This document shows, piece by piece, positions 1 through 10,457 of a stretch of 32,000 nt of DNA. The stretch comes from Nostoc punctiforme PCC 73102 (GTDB lineage Bacteria > Cyanobacteriota > Cyanobacteriia > Cyanobacteriales > Nostocaceae). The notes below the pieces were generated by a model that did not search any database, was not told where the DNA came from, and saw only the letters and a program-made list of their open reading frames with translations. The position numbers and the translations under genes are program-made. The stretch covers positions 7,080,001-7,112,000 of the forward strand of contig NC_010628.1 in assembly GCF_000020025.1 (NCBI RefSeq). Reading direction: 5' to 3'. The first letter of the stretch is position 1, and the number at the start of each line of letters is the position of its first letter.

Positions 1-1266
<1,266 letters not shown>

Positions 1267-1343
1267 TTATGCAGATAAGCCGAATATTTGCATACCATTT
1301 TGGGTGCTAATACTTGCTGTTGCCAAGACCGTCATAAGTACTT

Positions 1344-1583
1344 TTAGCGCTCTTTAGGGGCACACCACTGAGCTATTGGTTCAATTCGTGCTTGCTGGAT
1401 CAATTCCAAAACTTGTGATTTATTACAACCATAGGTAGATGCTAATAATTCCTCACCTTGTTTTTTTGCATCGTCGGCTGATATACCAAAGGTCATAATT
1501 TCTTCGTCTTGGTTAACTGTAATTCTCTCAACTGGAATAATACAGATATATTGCGGTTCATTCTGTCTTATTTGCTGGACCAT
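1344..1583 (-). CDS. hypothetical small protein (79 aa)
   Basis: ORF on the same strand, 92 bp upstream of the lyase gene. No motif recognised, so coding status is unproven. Confidence 0.35.
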   Translation of the reverse strand: MVQQIRQNEPQYICIIPVERITVNQDEEIMTFGISADDAKKQGEELLASTYGCNKSQVLELIQQARIEPIAQWCAPKER

Positions 1584-2012
1584 TATTTACCTACCATTTC
1601 ATTCTTAATTGTGTCTATTTTCAAGTCTAGATAAATCACGAGTGAAAGTGAAACATAATCAGTATTTAAGTAGTTTTTGATTAAAAAACACTAGTTTTTA
1701 CACATGGTTAAGGAAATGTTAAGAATTCTCTCAAAATTGCCAAATTTCTAAGTGTAAACAGTTACGTATGGGAAAATAAAGTTAAGCATCAACAAATCTC
1801 TTTTTGTAAATTTTTGTTTATTAGATCGGTAATGCGTTAAGACACACGCATTATCGTAAACATCCCTGAACGGATTAATTTAAATCTCTGTTGATTAGTC
1901 TTTGGGAATCAGTAAATAAAGGCTGATACTCCTAAAGATGAACTTTTCTTTGCTCAATACAGGCTTCATACCTTGAGTAAGTGCAAGTTTAATAAAAATT
2001 GGAGGTTATAAA

Positions 2013-2150
2013 ATGGCAATTCGGAATAACTTAGTTAACAATTTCTGGCAAAGAGTACAAAAAGATTCAGTTAGTTGGGGTTCGTTAGCTCTTTGGATCA
2101 GTGGATTAGTTGTTCTATTAGTAATGCTTACCATGTTTTCTAACGCTTAG
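2013..2150 (+). CDS. small hydrophobic protein (45 aa), below the ORF-track size cutoff
   Basis: ATG at 2013 is preceded by GGAGG (2001-2005). Translation is MAIRNNLVNNFWQRVQKDSVSWGSLALWISGLVVLLVMLTMFSNA, with one clear hydrophobic helix. TAG stop at 2148-2150. Confidence 0.4.
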   Translation: MAIRNNLVNNFWQRVQKDSVSWGSLALWISGLVVLLVMLTMFSNA

Positions 2151-2222
2151 GTTATTCTAGTTCCTGGGCAACAGCCTGGGAACTAACATAGGGTAGACTT
2201 TCATCCCTATAAAACTCAAATT

Positions 2223-2537
2223 ATGAACTACAAACTTTTGGTAACAGTCGTAGTGCTAGCTACTACTAGCTTTGTTACTCCGGTTAAATCTCAAGAACCT
2301 ACTACCGACACACCAGCAAAATCAAATCAAGTTTTGAATGCTTGTATCCAAAATCAAGCAGAAACTTTACCGAATCCCTTTAGTGATGTGCCAAAAGACC
2401 ATTGGGCTTTTAAAGCAGTTATGACTATGCACTACTGCGGTGCATTCCGTAAAGCTACGCCACCAGCTTTATTTCAGAAATTGGAACCAACAAATAGGCA
2501 GCAGCAACCGCAGAAAGGACCGCAGTTTGAAAAATAA
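2223..2537 (+). CDS. secreted protein with a lone SLH-like motif
   Basis: N-terminal signal-peptide-like segment (LLVTVVVLATTSFVTPVKSQ). FSDVPKDHWAFKAV resembles the start of an S-layer-homology domain. The C-terminus is Q/P-rich. Confidence 0.5.
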   Translation: MNYKLLVTVVVLATTSFVTPVKSQEPTTDTPAKSNQVLNACIQNQAETLPNPFSDVPKDHWAFKAVMTMHYCGAFRKATPPALFQKLEPTNRQQQPQKGPQFEK

Positions 2538-2580
2538 AATAGGAGTCTTATAACTATATTAAATAGCAGAAATTAAGCCA

Positions 2581-3102
2581 ATGAGTGAGCAGGATTGCAG
2601 AAAGACTGTCATCCAAACAGGCCAAAAAGTCAATTTTGTAGATATTGGCAGTTCATTTTTGCCTGCCTTTGAAAAAATAACGAGTGTTCTAGTCGTACCT
2701 TTTACCAAGGATGGTTTAATTGTATGCCCTCTCCTTGACCGTGGTATTGACCTCCCTGGGGGACATGTGCAGATAGGCGAATTTACTTGTGAGGAAACTG
2801 CAAGACGAGAAGTTATGGAGGAGGTAAAAGTAACTCTAGGAGAATTAAAACTTGTGAAATTTATCCAGTCTGATTTTTACGGTAGTCAACCTGAGCAGCT
2901 TACATACCTTGTGGTCATGACTGGCTTTGTTGAGGAAATAATCTCTAACAATAGCTATGACTGTCTAAGCTTATGTACACATGAAAGTATGGGAAGAAAC
3001 ATTATGGATATTGATGAATTCATTTCTCAATATCAAGCAGGCAATAAAAATGATATGCGTCAAATTGTGCTAGACGCAAAAAGTGTGCTATTCAACATTT
3101 AA
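2581..3102 (+). CDS. NUDIX hydrolase
   Basis: Near-canonical Nudix box GGHVQIGEFTCEETARREVMEEVKV. It follows GX5E..REUXEEXXU, but the middle spacer has one extra residue. Confidence 0.75.
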   Translation: MSEQDCRKTVIQTGQKVNFVDIGSSFLPAFEKITSVLVVPFTKDGLIVCPLLDRGIDLPGGHVQIGEFTCEETARREVMEEVKVTLGELKLVKFIQSDFYGSQPEQLTYLVVMTGFVEEIISNNSYDCLSLCTHESMGRNIMDIDEFISQYQAGNKNDMRQIVLDAKSVLFNI

Positions 3103-3666
3103 TGGTATTTTCGCCTTTTGAAACACCTGCTCAACAGTAAATTTGAGTCCCTCGAATAGGGAATCTGTGAGTAATTCGTCTCCCATATAAGTTTGTGGTG
3201 CTGCATCTGGATAAAAAACAGTAATACTTCTGGCTTTACTATCTACCACCCACACCCGCAGCACTTTAGCATCCAAATAGTTTTTGGCTTTAGCTACCAT
3301 TTTTCCAAAGGTTTGTCCGGGTGAAATAATTTCAATCACTAAATCGGGAGGAACAGGACAAGCTTCGTTTTCATCCCAGTTAGTGGGTAAACGTTCATAA
3401 GAGATGTACAAAATATCTGGTGTTGGTACCCAATCTCGCCCCCGACGAGTTAATGTAACAGACCATTCCGGGCAGACTTCTCCTTTACCTTCACATGATT
3501 GCTCAATCAAGTTGAGAAGAACACGCGTAAGTTTGGCGTGAAAAAATTTTGGTGACATTTTAGGAATTGCTTGACCATCAACAAGTTCATAAGTTATATC
3601 TCCTTCACCTGGTGAAAGATTTAAGAACTCTTGCAAGGTTAATTGGTTTTTGGCTTGGAGTATCAT
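3088..3666 (-). CDS. Uma2-family (DUF820) putative endonuclease
   Basis: LTLQEFLNL..YELVDGQAIPKMSP..H..L, then PDLVIEIISPG and the RVWVVD tail, are typical of the cyanobacterial Uma2 family. Its 3' end overlaps the convergent NUDIX gene by 15 nt. Confidence 0.8.
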   Translation of the reverse strand: MILQAKNQLTLQEFLNLSPGEGDITYELVDGQAIPKMSPKFFHAKLTRVLLNLIEQSCEGKGEVCPEWSVTLTRRGRDWVPTPDILYISYERLPTNWDENEACPVPPDLVIEIISPGQTFGKMVAKAKNYLDAKVLRVWVVDSKARSITVFYPDAAPQTYMGDELLTDSLFEGLKFTVEQVFQKAKIPLNVE

Positions 3667-3714
3667 GGCTCAGTAATTCGTAATGACGCTCGTTCCTCGC
3701 TACCGCTACGCTAA

Positions 3715-3735
3715 CGTAATTCGTAATTCGTAATT
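3715..3735. repeat. STRR-type heptamer tandem repeat (CGTAATT x3; a further partial copy near 3674-3683)
   Basis: Read directly: cgtaatt cgtaatt cgtaatt. This is the reverse complement of the AATTACG repeat at 24744-24771. Confidence 0.8.
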
Positions 3736-3809
3736 GAAGGACAGAGAAACTAATTTAAATTCTGACTTCTATTAGCCCATTATGACTTCTGAATTCTTTT
3801 TCAAATTCT

Positions 3810-4901
3810 TCACATTCCCTGCAAGACTTGCCGAATGATATCTGATGGCACTTCATCGGTAACTGTAACTACACCAATCTCTGTTGGTAAAACAAACCGT
3901 ACTTTTCCTGCTTTGACTTTTTTATCTAGTTGCAACGCATCAATAATTGCTTCAATATCTACCCCAGATGGTAACTGAGTCGGTAAACCCGTTTTTTGAA
4001 TTAAAGCATTTTGACGTTCTGTATCTTCTTTTTGCCACATTCCCAATTCCACAGCAATTTGGCCGGCTGCTACCATACCAATGGCTACGGCTTCACCGTG
4101 ATTCACTAAACGATAACCAGTCAAGCTTTCCACTGCATGACCGATGGTATGTCCATAGTTGAGAATTGCGCGTAATCCGCCTTCTTTCTCATCTTTGCCA
4201 ACAACGTCAGCTTTGGCTTGACAAGAGCGCGTTAAGATGCTGTCTATTAGCTCAGGTTTTACATAGCGGAGTTGGTCGAGCCGTTTACTTGCTTCCAACT
4301 GGGCAAACAATTCAGCATCCCAAATTACACCGTACTTAATAACTTCTGCCATTCCTGCCCGAAATTCGCGCATCGGAAGGGTTTTTAAAACATCTGGGTC
4401 AATCAAAACCAAGCGCGGCTGATGGAATGCCCCAATCAAGTTTTTACCGTGGGGATGATTTACGCCAGTTTTGCCACCAATTGCCGAATCTACCATCGCC
4501 AAGAGAGTTGTAGGTACTTGGACAACATTAATGCCGCGCAGCCAGGTTGCGGCGGCAAAGCCAGTCATATCGCCAATTACACCTCCGCCCAAAGCCACCA
4601 TAGTAGCAGAACGTTCTAAGCGGTTTTCTAAGGCGACATCGTAGAGTTTTTGGATGGAATTAAGGTTTTTGTAGCGTTCACCAGGTGGTAAGGTGCAGCT
4701 AGCAACTTCAAATCCCGCAGATTTCAGGGATGTAATTGCTCTTTCCCCATAATGCTTAAAAATCGTCGGATTAGAAACTAGCAATACCTTCTTGCCTAGC
4801 TTCAGATTGGCCATCTGTTGACCCAGTTGATCTAAATTTGATGGTGCGATCGCAATCTCATAAGACTGCTCTGGTAAATTTACATTAATTAAAGAAGTCA
4901 T
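3810..4901 (-). CDS. aroB: 3-dehydroquinate synthase
   Basis: 363 aa carrying [44 protein letters not shown] and the HG..IGHA metal-site motifs characteristic of AroB. Confidence 0.95.
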   Translation of the reverse strand: MTSLINVNLPEQSYEIAIAPSNLDQLGQQMANLKLGKKVLLVSNPTIFKHYGERAITSLKSAGFEVASCTLPPGERYKNLNSIQKLYDVALENRLERSATMVALGGGVIGDMTGFAAATWLRGINVVQVPTTLLAMVDSAIGGKTGVNHPHGKNLIGAFHQPRLVLIDPDVLKTLPMREFRAGMAEVIKYGVIWDAELFAQLEASKRLDQLRYVKPELIDSILTRSCQAKADVVGKDEKEGGLRAILNYGHTIGHAVESLTGYRLVNHGEAVAIGMVAAGQIAVELGMWQKEDTERQNALIQKTGLPTQLPSGVDIEAIIDALQLDKKVKAGKVRFVLPTEIGVVTVTDEVPSDIIRQVLQGM

Positions 4902-4961
4902 TGCTCAACCCCAAACAAGCGCCCGTGGGCTGTATTCTATCGCAATCTGGGGGATTGAAGT

Positions 4962-4982
4962 CTGGGGACTGGGTACTGGGGA
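4962..4982. repeat. STRR1-like heptamer tandem repeat (CTGGGGA/CTGGGTA x3)
   Basis: ctgggga ctgggta ctgggga read directly. It matches the CCCCAGT/ACTGGGG STRR family of heterocystous cyanobacteria. Confidence 0.7.
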
Positions 4983-5054
4983 AGAGTTTTCCAATGCCTA
5001 ATGCCCAACAACTAATGATTCAATATATTTAGGAAGTATTGTGGAGAAAAATAA

Positions 5055-5150
5055 ATGTTTGCAATTGCAGCTTACATGGGCTTTTTAGCTTTGTTCTTCG
5101 GTTTATCTGTCGGTCTGTTGTTCGGTCTGCGGACTGCGAAGATAATTTAA
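5055..5150 (+). CDS. petL: cytochrome b6-f complex subunit PetL (31 aa)
   Basis: Not in the ORF track because it is too short. Translation [31 protein letters not shown] is, from memory, near-identical to Nostoc PetL. TAA stop at 5148-5150. Confidence 0.8.
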   Translation: MFAIAAYMGFLALFFGLSVGLLFGLRTAKII

Positions 5151-5158
5151 CTAAAACT

Positions 5159-5220
5159 CTTGTGGGGCTGGCATCTTGCCTGCCCTTAGTTAGGGGCGGG
5201 TGAGACACCCATCCCACAAG
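5159..5220. terminator. long imperfect stem-loop between convergent petL and bioB (dispersed-repeat hairpin, probable bidirectional terminator)
   Basis: cttgtggggctggcatcttgcctgccc / loop ttagtta / ggggcgggtgagacacccatcccacaag. The outer 8 bp (CTTGTGGG/CCCACAAG) pair perfectly and the inner part is mostly complementary. Confidence 0.5.
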
Positions 5221-5227
5221 AAGATAT

Positions 5228-6235
5228 TTATCCTACAACTGCTGGACTTGCTACCTTCTCCTGTCTTTGGGAAGGTGGACGCATCCCCAAACCAAGTAAA
5301 TTGAGCATTTCTCGGTCAGTATCGTAATCTGGACAGGGAGTTGTCACCGTCAACATTTTGTTGTCGTCGCTAGAAAAGATAGAATTGGCTCCTGCCATAA
5401 AGCAGAAAGCTTGTTCAACTTGAGAAAGTCTAGCCCTACCAGCACTAAGACGCACATCAGAAGCTGGCATTAAAATTCTGGCTGTGGCAATCATCCGCAC
5501 GATATCCCAAATGGGGACATCAGGTTGATTTTCTAAGGGTGTGCCCGGCACTTGTGAAAGAATATTAATTGGTACTGACTCTGGATGCGGATGTAAGTTT
5601 GCCAGAGTTTGTAACATCCCAACTCGGTCATCGACAGTTTCGCCTAAACCCAGGATACCGCCGGAACATACAGTAACATTTGTCTGACGGACATTCTCAA
5701 TTGTATTCAAGCGATCGCTATAAGTTCTTGTGGTAATAATTGTGCTGTAATATTCCTGCGAGGTATCTAAGTTATGGTTGTAGGCGTAAAGTCCCGCTTC
5801 TTCTAATTTCCTGGCCTGATTCGCCGTCAGCATACCCAAAGTGCAGCACACTTCTAAACCCATTGCGGTTATATCCTTGACCATTTCCAGGACTTCCTCA
5901 AATTGTGAGTTATCCCGGACTTCGCGCCAAGCAGCACCCATGCAAATGCGACTCACACCAGTTTCTTTAGCTTTCTGGGCGATGTTAACAACGGTTTCCT
6001 TTTCTAGGAGTGCTTCCGCCTTTACCTCTGTTTTATAGCGGGAAGATTGGGCGCAGTAGCTACAATCTTCTGGACAACCTCCCGTTTTAATGGATATAAG
6101 CTTACAAACTTGTATTTTTGTTGGGTCATGATATTGGCGATGCACGCTAGCAGCTTGATAAATAAGCTCTAGCAATGGCGTGTTGTATATCGCCCGAATC
6201 TCTAATTCCTGCCAATCGTAGCGTATTCCCACCAC
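5228..6235 (-). CDS. bioB: biotin synthase (radical SAM)
   Basis: [11 protein letters not shown] radical-SAM CxxxCxxC motif, plus a collinear BioB-like sequence ([16 protein letters not shown]). Confidence 0.95.
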   Translation of the reverse strand: MVGIRYDWQELEIRAIYNTPLLELIYQAASVHRQYHDPTKIQVCKLISIKTGGCPEDCSYCAQSSRYKTEVKAEALLEKETVVNIAQKAKETGVSRICMGAAWREVRDNSQFEEVLEMVKDITAMGLEVCCTLGMLTANQARKLEEAGLYAYNHNLDTSQEYYSTIITTRTYSDRLNTIENVRQTNVTVCSGGILGLGETVDDRVGMLQTLANLHPHPESVPINILSQVPGTPLENQPDVPIWDIVRMIATARILMPASDVRLSAGRARLSQVEQAFCFMAGANSIFSSDDNKMLTVTTPCPDYDTDREMLNLLGLGMRPPSQRQEKVASPAVVG

Positions 6236-6530
6236 ATCACTATCCTTCTTGTAGACTGGGCTAAATCTTGAGCTTTCTTTTGGTTGAATTTCCTGCGGTA
6301 CAGTGTTTAGGCAAAGCGATTTTATCGAAGTTATGCCGCGTACTGTGCTTTATCACCCATTGGCTCTCAATCCTTCCGCTCTAGATATTAGACATCAGCT
6401 TATCAAGATTTTGGTGGAATGGCAGATTACCAGCAAAAATACTTACTCTATTTTTTGTACAGGATATTGAGTAAAGCAGTTCTAACTGCTGCTAAACCGT
6501 AGGTATGAGAGAATTTATACAATTTAGAGT

Positions 6531-7133
6531 ATGTGCTGGGAAGAGATCCCGTCGATTATGATATCAGAACTGCCACTAATTACTAGCGATCGCCTATTAT
6601 TACGAGCGGCGATTCATGAAGATATACCCCAAATTCTTAAATACTTCATTTATAACAAAACTTATCTCACCCCATTCTATCCTCTATGGGCTGATGGTTT
6701 TTTCACTGAAGAATATTGGCAATATCAGATAGAGAATAGTTTTCTCGAATTTATTAATGGGCAATCGTTAAAGCTATTTATTTTTACAAAAAAAAATCCT
6801 ACTGTAGTTATTGGAACGGTCAATTTTAGCAATTTTGTCCGAGGAGCCGCTCATTTTTGTTACGTGGGATATAGCCTGGCTGAAAGTAAACAAGGTAAAG
6901 GATATATGACAGAAGGGCTAAAAGCCGCAACTAAATATCTCTTTCAAGAATTAAATTTTCATCGAGTTATGGCTAATTATATGCCTCACAATCGGCGCAG
7001 TGGCAATGTCTTAAAAAGACTCGGATTTGTCATTGAAGGATACGCTAGAGACTATTTGTTAATTAATGGACAATGGGAAGATCATATTATGACAAGTCTT
7101 ACAAATACTAATTGGCAAGCACCAAAATTTTAA
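6531..7133 (+). CDS. GNAT-family N-acetyltransferase (RimJ/RimL-like)
   Basis: LLLR..HEDI N-terminal pattern and the QGKGYMTEGLKAATKYLFQELNFHRVMANYMPHNRRSGNVLKRLGFVIEG acetyl-CoA-binding core. The true start may be the ATG at 6558. Confidence 0.8.
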   Translation: MCWEEIPSIMISELPLITSDRLLLRAAIHEDIPQILKYFIYNKTYLTPFYPLWADGFFTEEYWQYQIENSFLEFINGQSLKLFIFTKKNPTVVIGTVNFSNFVRGAAHFCYVGYSLAESKQGKGYMTEGLKAATKYLFQELNFHRVMANYMPHNRRSGNVLKRLGFVIEGYARDYLLINGQWEDHIMTSLTNTNWQAPKF

Positions 7134-7156
7134 GCAGCTATTTTCTAGCAGTGTAG

Positions 7157-7195
7157 AGATATCGAACTTATTAAATAAGTTCGATATCTTTGTAT
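7157..7195 (+). terminator. rho-independent terminator downstream of the GNAT gene
   Basis: Perfect 16-bp palindrome arms agatatcgaacttatt / aataagttcgatatct (7157-7172 and 7174-7189), followed by a T-rich run. Confidence 0.6.
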
Positions 7196-7360
7196 TAGGT
7201 TTATTTATACACAGCTAACTAACAAAACCGAGATATTAACTTGCAATATATATAAATTCATAGTAAATCCATAATAAATACACAACAACTCCACAAGCAA
7301 ATGCAAGAGTAATATTTGTTCACCATCTGACTAATCAGCCAATAGGTGAATTTCTTTTAG

Positions 7361-7867
7361 ATGATTGAGGAGTTTTTCAAAATGCCTATTAATTCCATAA
7401 AGCGCTTATCTGTATTTTCTACTATCTTCGCTTTTGCTACCATATTGCACGGAGTGGTTTTGGCAGCACCAGTTCCAACTTCTCCGGCTACACCAGGTTT
7501 AACAACTCAGAATAGTCCTGCCACACACCAAAAAATCAAACTTACAAACCAACAGCGTCAACAAATCCAAGTGGCTCGCCAGCAAAGAGATAAGGATATT
7601 GAAGCTTTATTAAACCCGTCTCAAGCCACTAAATTTAAGGCAGCGTTGCAATCCCGTCAGAGAATTAGAATAGTGTTAAAATCTTTGGATCTGAATCAAG
7701 ATCAACAAAAACAGGTTCAATCAATTTTGCAAACTTATAATCAACAAGTAAAACAAATTCTATCTCCACAGGCATCACAACCAACACCAAACTCAGTAGG
7801 AGTTACTTCACCAACATCAAATCCAGTAGGAACTACTCAACCAGTATCGCAACCAATTAAAAAGTAA
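7361..7867 (+). CDS. secreted Q-rich protein with LTxxQ-like (Spy/CpxP-type) repeats
   Basis: Signal peptide (LSVFSTIFAFATILHGVVLAAP), then LTNQQRQQIQ and other Q-rich helical segments. GAGGAG precedes the ATG at 7382, so the real start is probably there. Confidence 0.5.
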   Translation: MIEEFFKMPINSIKRLSVFSTIFAFATILHGVVLAAPVPTSPATPGLTTQNSPATHQKIKLTNQQRQQIQVARQQRDKDIEALLNPSQATKFKAALQSRQRIRIVLKSLDLNQDQQKQVQSILQTYNQQVKQILSPQASQPTPNSVGVTSPTSNPVGTTQPVSQPIKK

Positions 7868-7892
7868 AAAACTCAGTTTGATTTAGTTAAGG

Positions 7893-8552
7893 TTAAGTTT
7901 CCGAAGACTGGCGGATTTGATGCAAACTTCGGTTAAGCCAGTCTTCATACCAATCATAAAAACTTAAAGGCTGCCCCTGGTCGCTATTTGGATGAGAATC
8001 ATCAGGGTCGGTATCATGGAAAAAACTACAAAAATCCAAAGAAGCAGGATATATTCCATTATCATTAGTACGGTCATCTATCCAGATTTTTCCTGACTGC
8101 TCCCCGGTAATGACTAATATCGCATCAATTCCACAACCATAAGTTGTAATAGTGAGAGTACCCTGGATAAACTTATTGTCAAAGTAAGCATCATTTCTAT
8201 TGTTGACAATTAAATCTAAATCATTCCATGCTTCCGTTAAAGGAAATGGTTTAGAGAGAATTTCGTACTTCTCTTGGTATAGTTTTTCTGCGATGACATC
8301 TTCATCTTCAATTCCTGATAGTCCAAATAAGCCGTATCCTGGCCCCGCACCACCATTGCCAATTTCTAACAGAAAGTTTTTATATTCACTTGGTAAACTA
8401 ATATTGTATCTAGATTCAAAAACTTGAATATCTTTGTTACTCAAGCAAGGTTTTAATTGATATTGGTGTGATTCTGAGCCAAAAACCTCAAATGTAGCAT
8501 CTAAAATAGCTAATTGAGTTAATTTTTTCTTTAATTGCAAAACTTTATTCAT
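7893..8552 (-). CDS. SMI1/KNR4-family (SUKH-1) protein
   Basis: The segment ..FESRYNISLPSEYKNFLLEIGNGGAGPGYGLFGL.. is the characteristic SUKH/SMI1-KNR4 N-terminal core. Confidence 0.7.
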   Translation of the reverse strand: MNKVLQLKKKLTQLAILDATFEVFGSESHQYQLKPCLSNKDIQVFESRYNISLPSEYKNFLLEIGNGGAGPGYGLFGLSGIEDEDVIAEKLYQEKYEILSKPFPLTEAWNDLDLIVNNRNDAYFDNKFIQGTLTITTYGCGIDAILVITGEQSGKIWIDDRTNDNGIYPASLDFCSFFHDTDPDDSHPNSDQGQPLSFYDWYEDWLNRSLHQIRQSSET

Positions 8553-8664
8553 TATGCACTCTAGATTTTGATGGTGGCGCTGCCATATTTTAGATATGGT
8601 CGCTTTTTGCGTCTATGCTGATGTTGAAGCCAGAGGTAGTATTAAGGGAAGAATGAATTAAGCT

Positions 8665-10131
8665 TTGCTCGTAATGACTCTGGCTGAAACTCCAAACTAC
8701 AAAAATTCTAGCAATCCTCTTCTCTCCCTCAACTACGAAAGCGCCTTAGAATCTCTAGGTGATGACTACTATGATGAGGTGGCAGCTGCTGAATTTCCCC
8801 AACACATCTTGCGTTGGCGTAACGATGCACTACTACCTCGTTTGGGTTTAGACCCCCAAGTAGTCAAAGACGAAGATTTCATCACAGCTTTTGGCCAGTT
8901 TCAGGGGCGCAAACCCTTGTTAGCACTACGTTACCACGGCTATCAATTTGGTGAATATAACGGACAGTTGGGTGATGGTAGAGGCTTTCTCTATGGACAA
9001 GTCCGCGCCACTGATGGCGAATTATACGATTTTGGCACAAAAGGCTCTGGGAGAACGCCCTACTCCCGTGGGGGCGATGGTATGCTCACGCTCAAAGGTG
9101 GGGTGCGGGAAGTTCTAGCTGCGGAAGCACTACACCACTTGGGTGTACGTACCTCGCGCTGTTTGACCATGATTGAAACAGGTTTACCACTTTGGCGGGG
9201 CGATGAACCTTCACCTACCCGCTCATCTGTGATGATTAGAATGAGCAGTTCTCATATTCGGTTTGGCACTTTTGAGCGACTGCACTATTTTCAGCGTCCA
9301 GATTTAACTAAGAAGCTGTTAGACCACGTAATTGAGCAGTATTATCGACACTTAAGTAGTGAACAAGATAAATATGTCTTGTTTTACGCCGAATTAGTTA
9401 AACGAGTTGCAGAACTAGTAGCGCAGTGGATGGCGGCGGGCTTTTGTCATGCAGTCCTGAATACTGACAATATGTCGATTACTGGAGAGAGTTTTGACTA
9501 TGGCCCTTACGCGTTTATCCCAACTTATAACCCATCCTTTATAGCTGCATATTTTGATTATTATGGACGCTATTGTTACGGTAATCAACCAAGTATTTGT
9601 AAGTTGAATTTACAAATGCTCCAAGAACCTTTAAAGGCGATTCTCGATAAAGACGAAATGGAAGCGGCATTAGAAAGGTTTGATGAATATTATCAAGCTG
9701 AATACAGTTCTTTGATGTTGAAAAGGTTAGGTTTTGTGGAATTGTCATACCCACAAGCTGCGGAACTGTTGAATCTAACGGTTGAATTTTTGAAGGATAG
9801 CCAAGTTGGTTATCACCAGTTTTTTTATGAGATGGCTCGAACTTTTTCATCAAAATGGCGAGATGAGCCAGGTTTTGTGATGAATAATTCAGATATTGTG
9901 CCAGTACCGGGTGCGTCAGGAATTTTTGATGATTGGTGCATACTATACCATAAAATCTTGAATGATTTTGATAGCGACCGCATCGATGTAATTGCCCAAA
10001 CACTAGCTGTTCATAATCCTAAAACGGCACTATTAAGACCTGTGATTGAGTCTACTTGGAAAGCAATTGCTCAAGAAGATAATTGGCAACCTTTTTATGA
10101 GTTAATCCAGGCAATTCAGTCTAGAAAATAG
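8665..10131 (+). CDS. selO: protein adenylyltransferase SelO (YdiU/UPF0061 family)
   Basis: [87 protein letters not shown] are hallmark SelO pseudokinase-fold motifs. The track start is TTG; the ATG at 8674 is more likely. Confidence 0.9.
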
Positions 10132-10215
10132 TAAAATCACACCTATTTTCTTTTTCATGTAGACAGACTTATTGAGATTATATCTGGTGTAATTTACACG
10201 ACGAGTAATCTAATA

Positions 10216-10240
10216 AGAGACGTTGCATTGCAACGTCTCT
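10216..10240. repeat. palindromic small dispersed-repeat hairpin (variant of the GTAGAGACG..CGTCTCTAC family)
   Basis: agagacgttgca t tgcaacgtctct forms perfect 12-bp arms, followed by acaaaaattttt. It could double as the selO terminator. Confidence 0.7.
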
Positions 10241-10457
10241 ACAAAAATTTTTAACTAAATTGTATAGATATAGCAATCCGAGTTGAATTGAATTGCGAGA
10301 AAATACCTAGGTCGGTTATCAAATATAAAAGTAAAATTTTATTCAGCCTTGCTAATTAGAAATCACGGCTACACAGACTAAACCCAAAGTTCTGATGCTC
10401 TAAAACCTACCTCAGAATTATTTTTGCCTGCGTGGGTTATTTTTTCAATCCACGTAC

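Noticed and set aside
1344-1583. TnaC-like leader peptide upstream of the lyase gene
   Set aside because: At 79 codons it is far longer than known tna leader peptides, and it lacks an obvious Trp-dependent stalling motif.
5029-5217. 62-aa minus-strand ORF
   Set aside because: It overlaps petL on the opposite strand and consists mostly of a translated GC-rich hairpin repeat.
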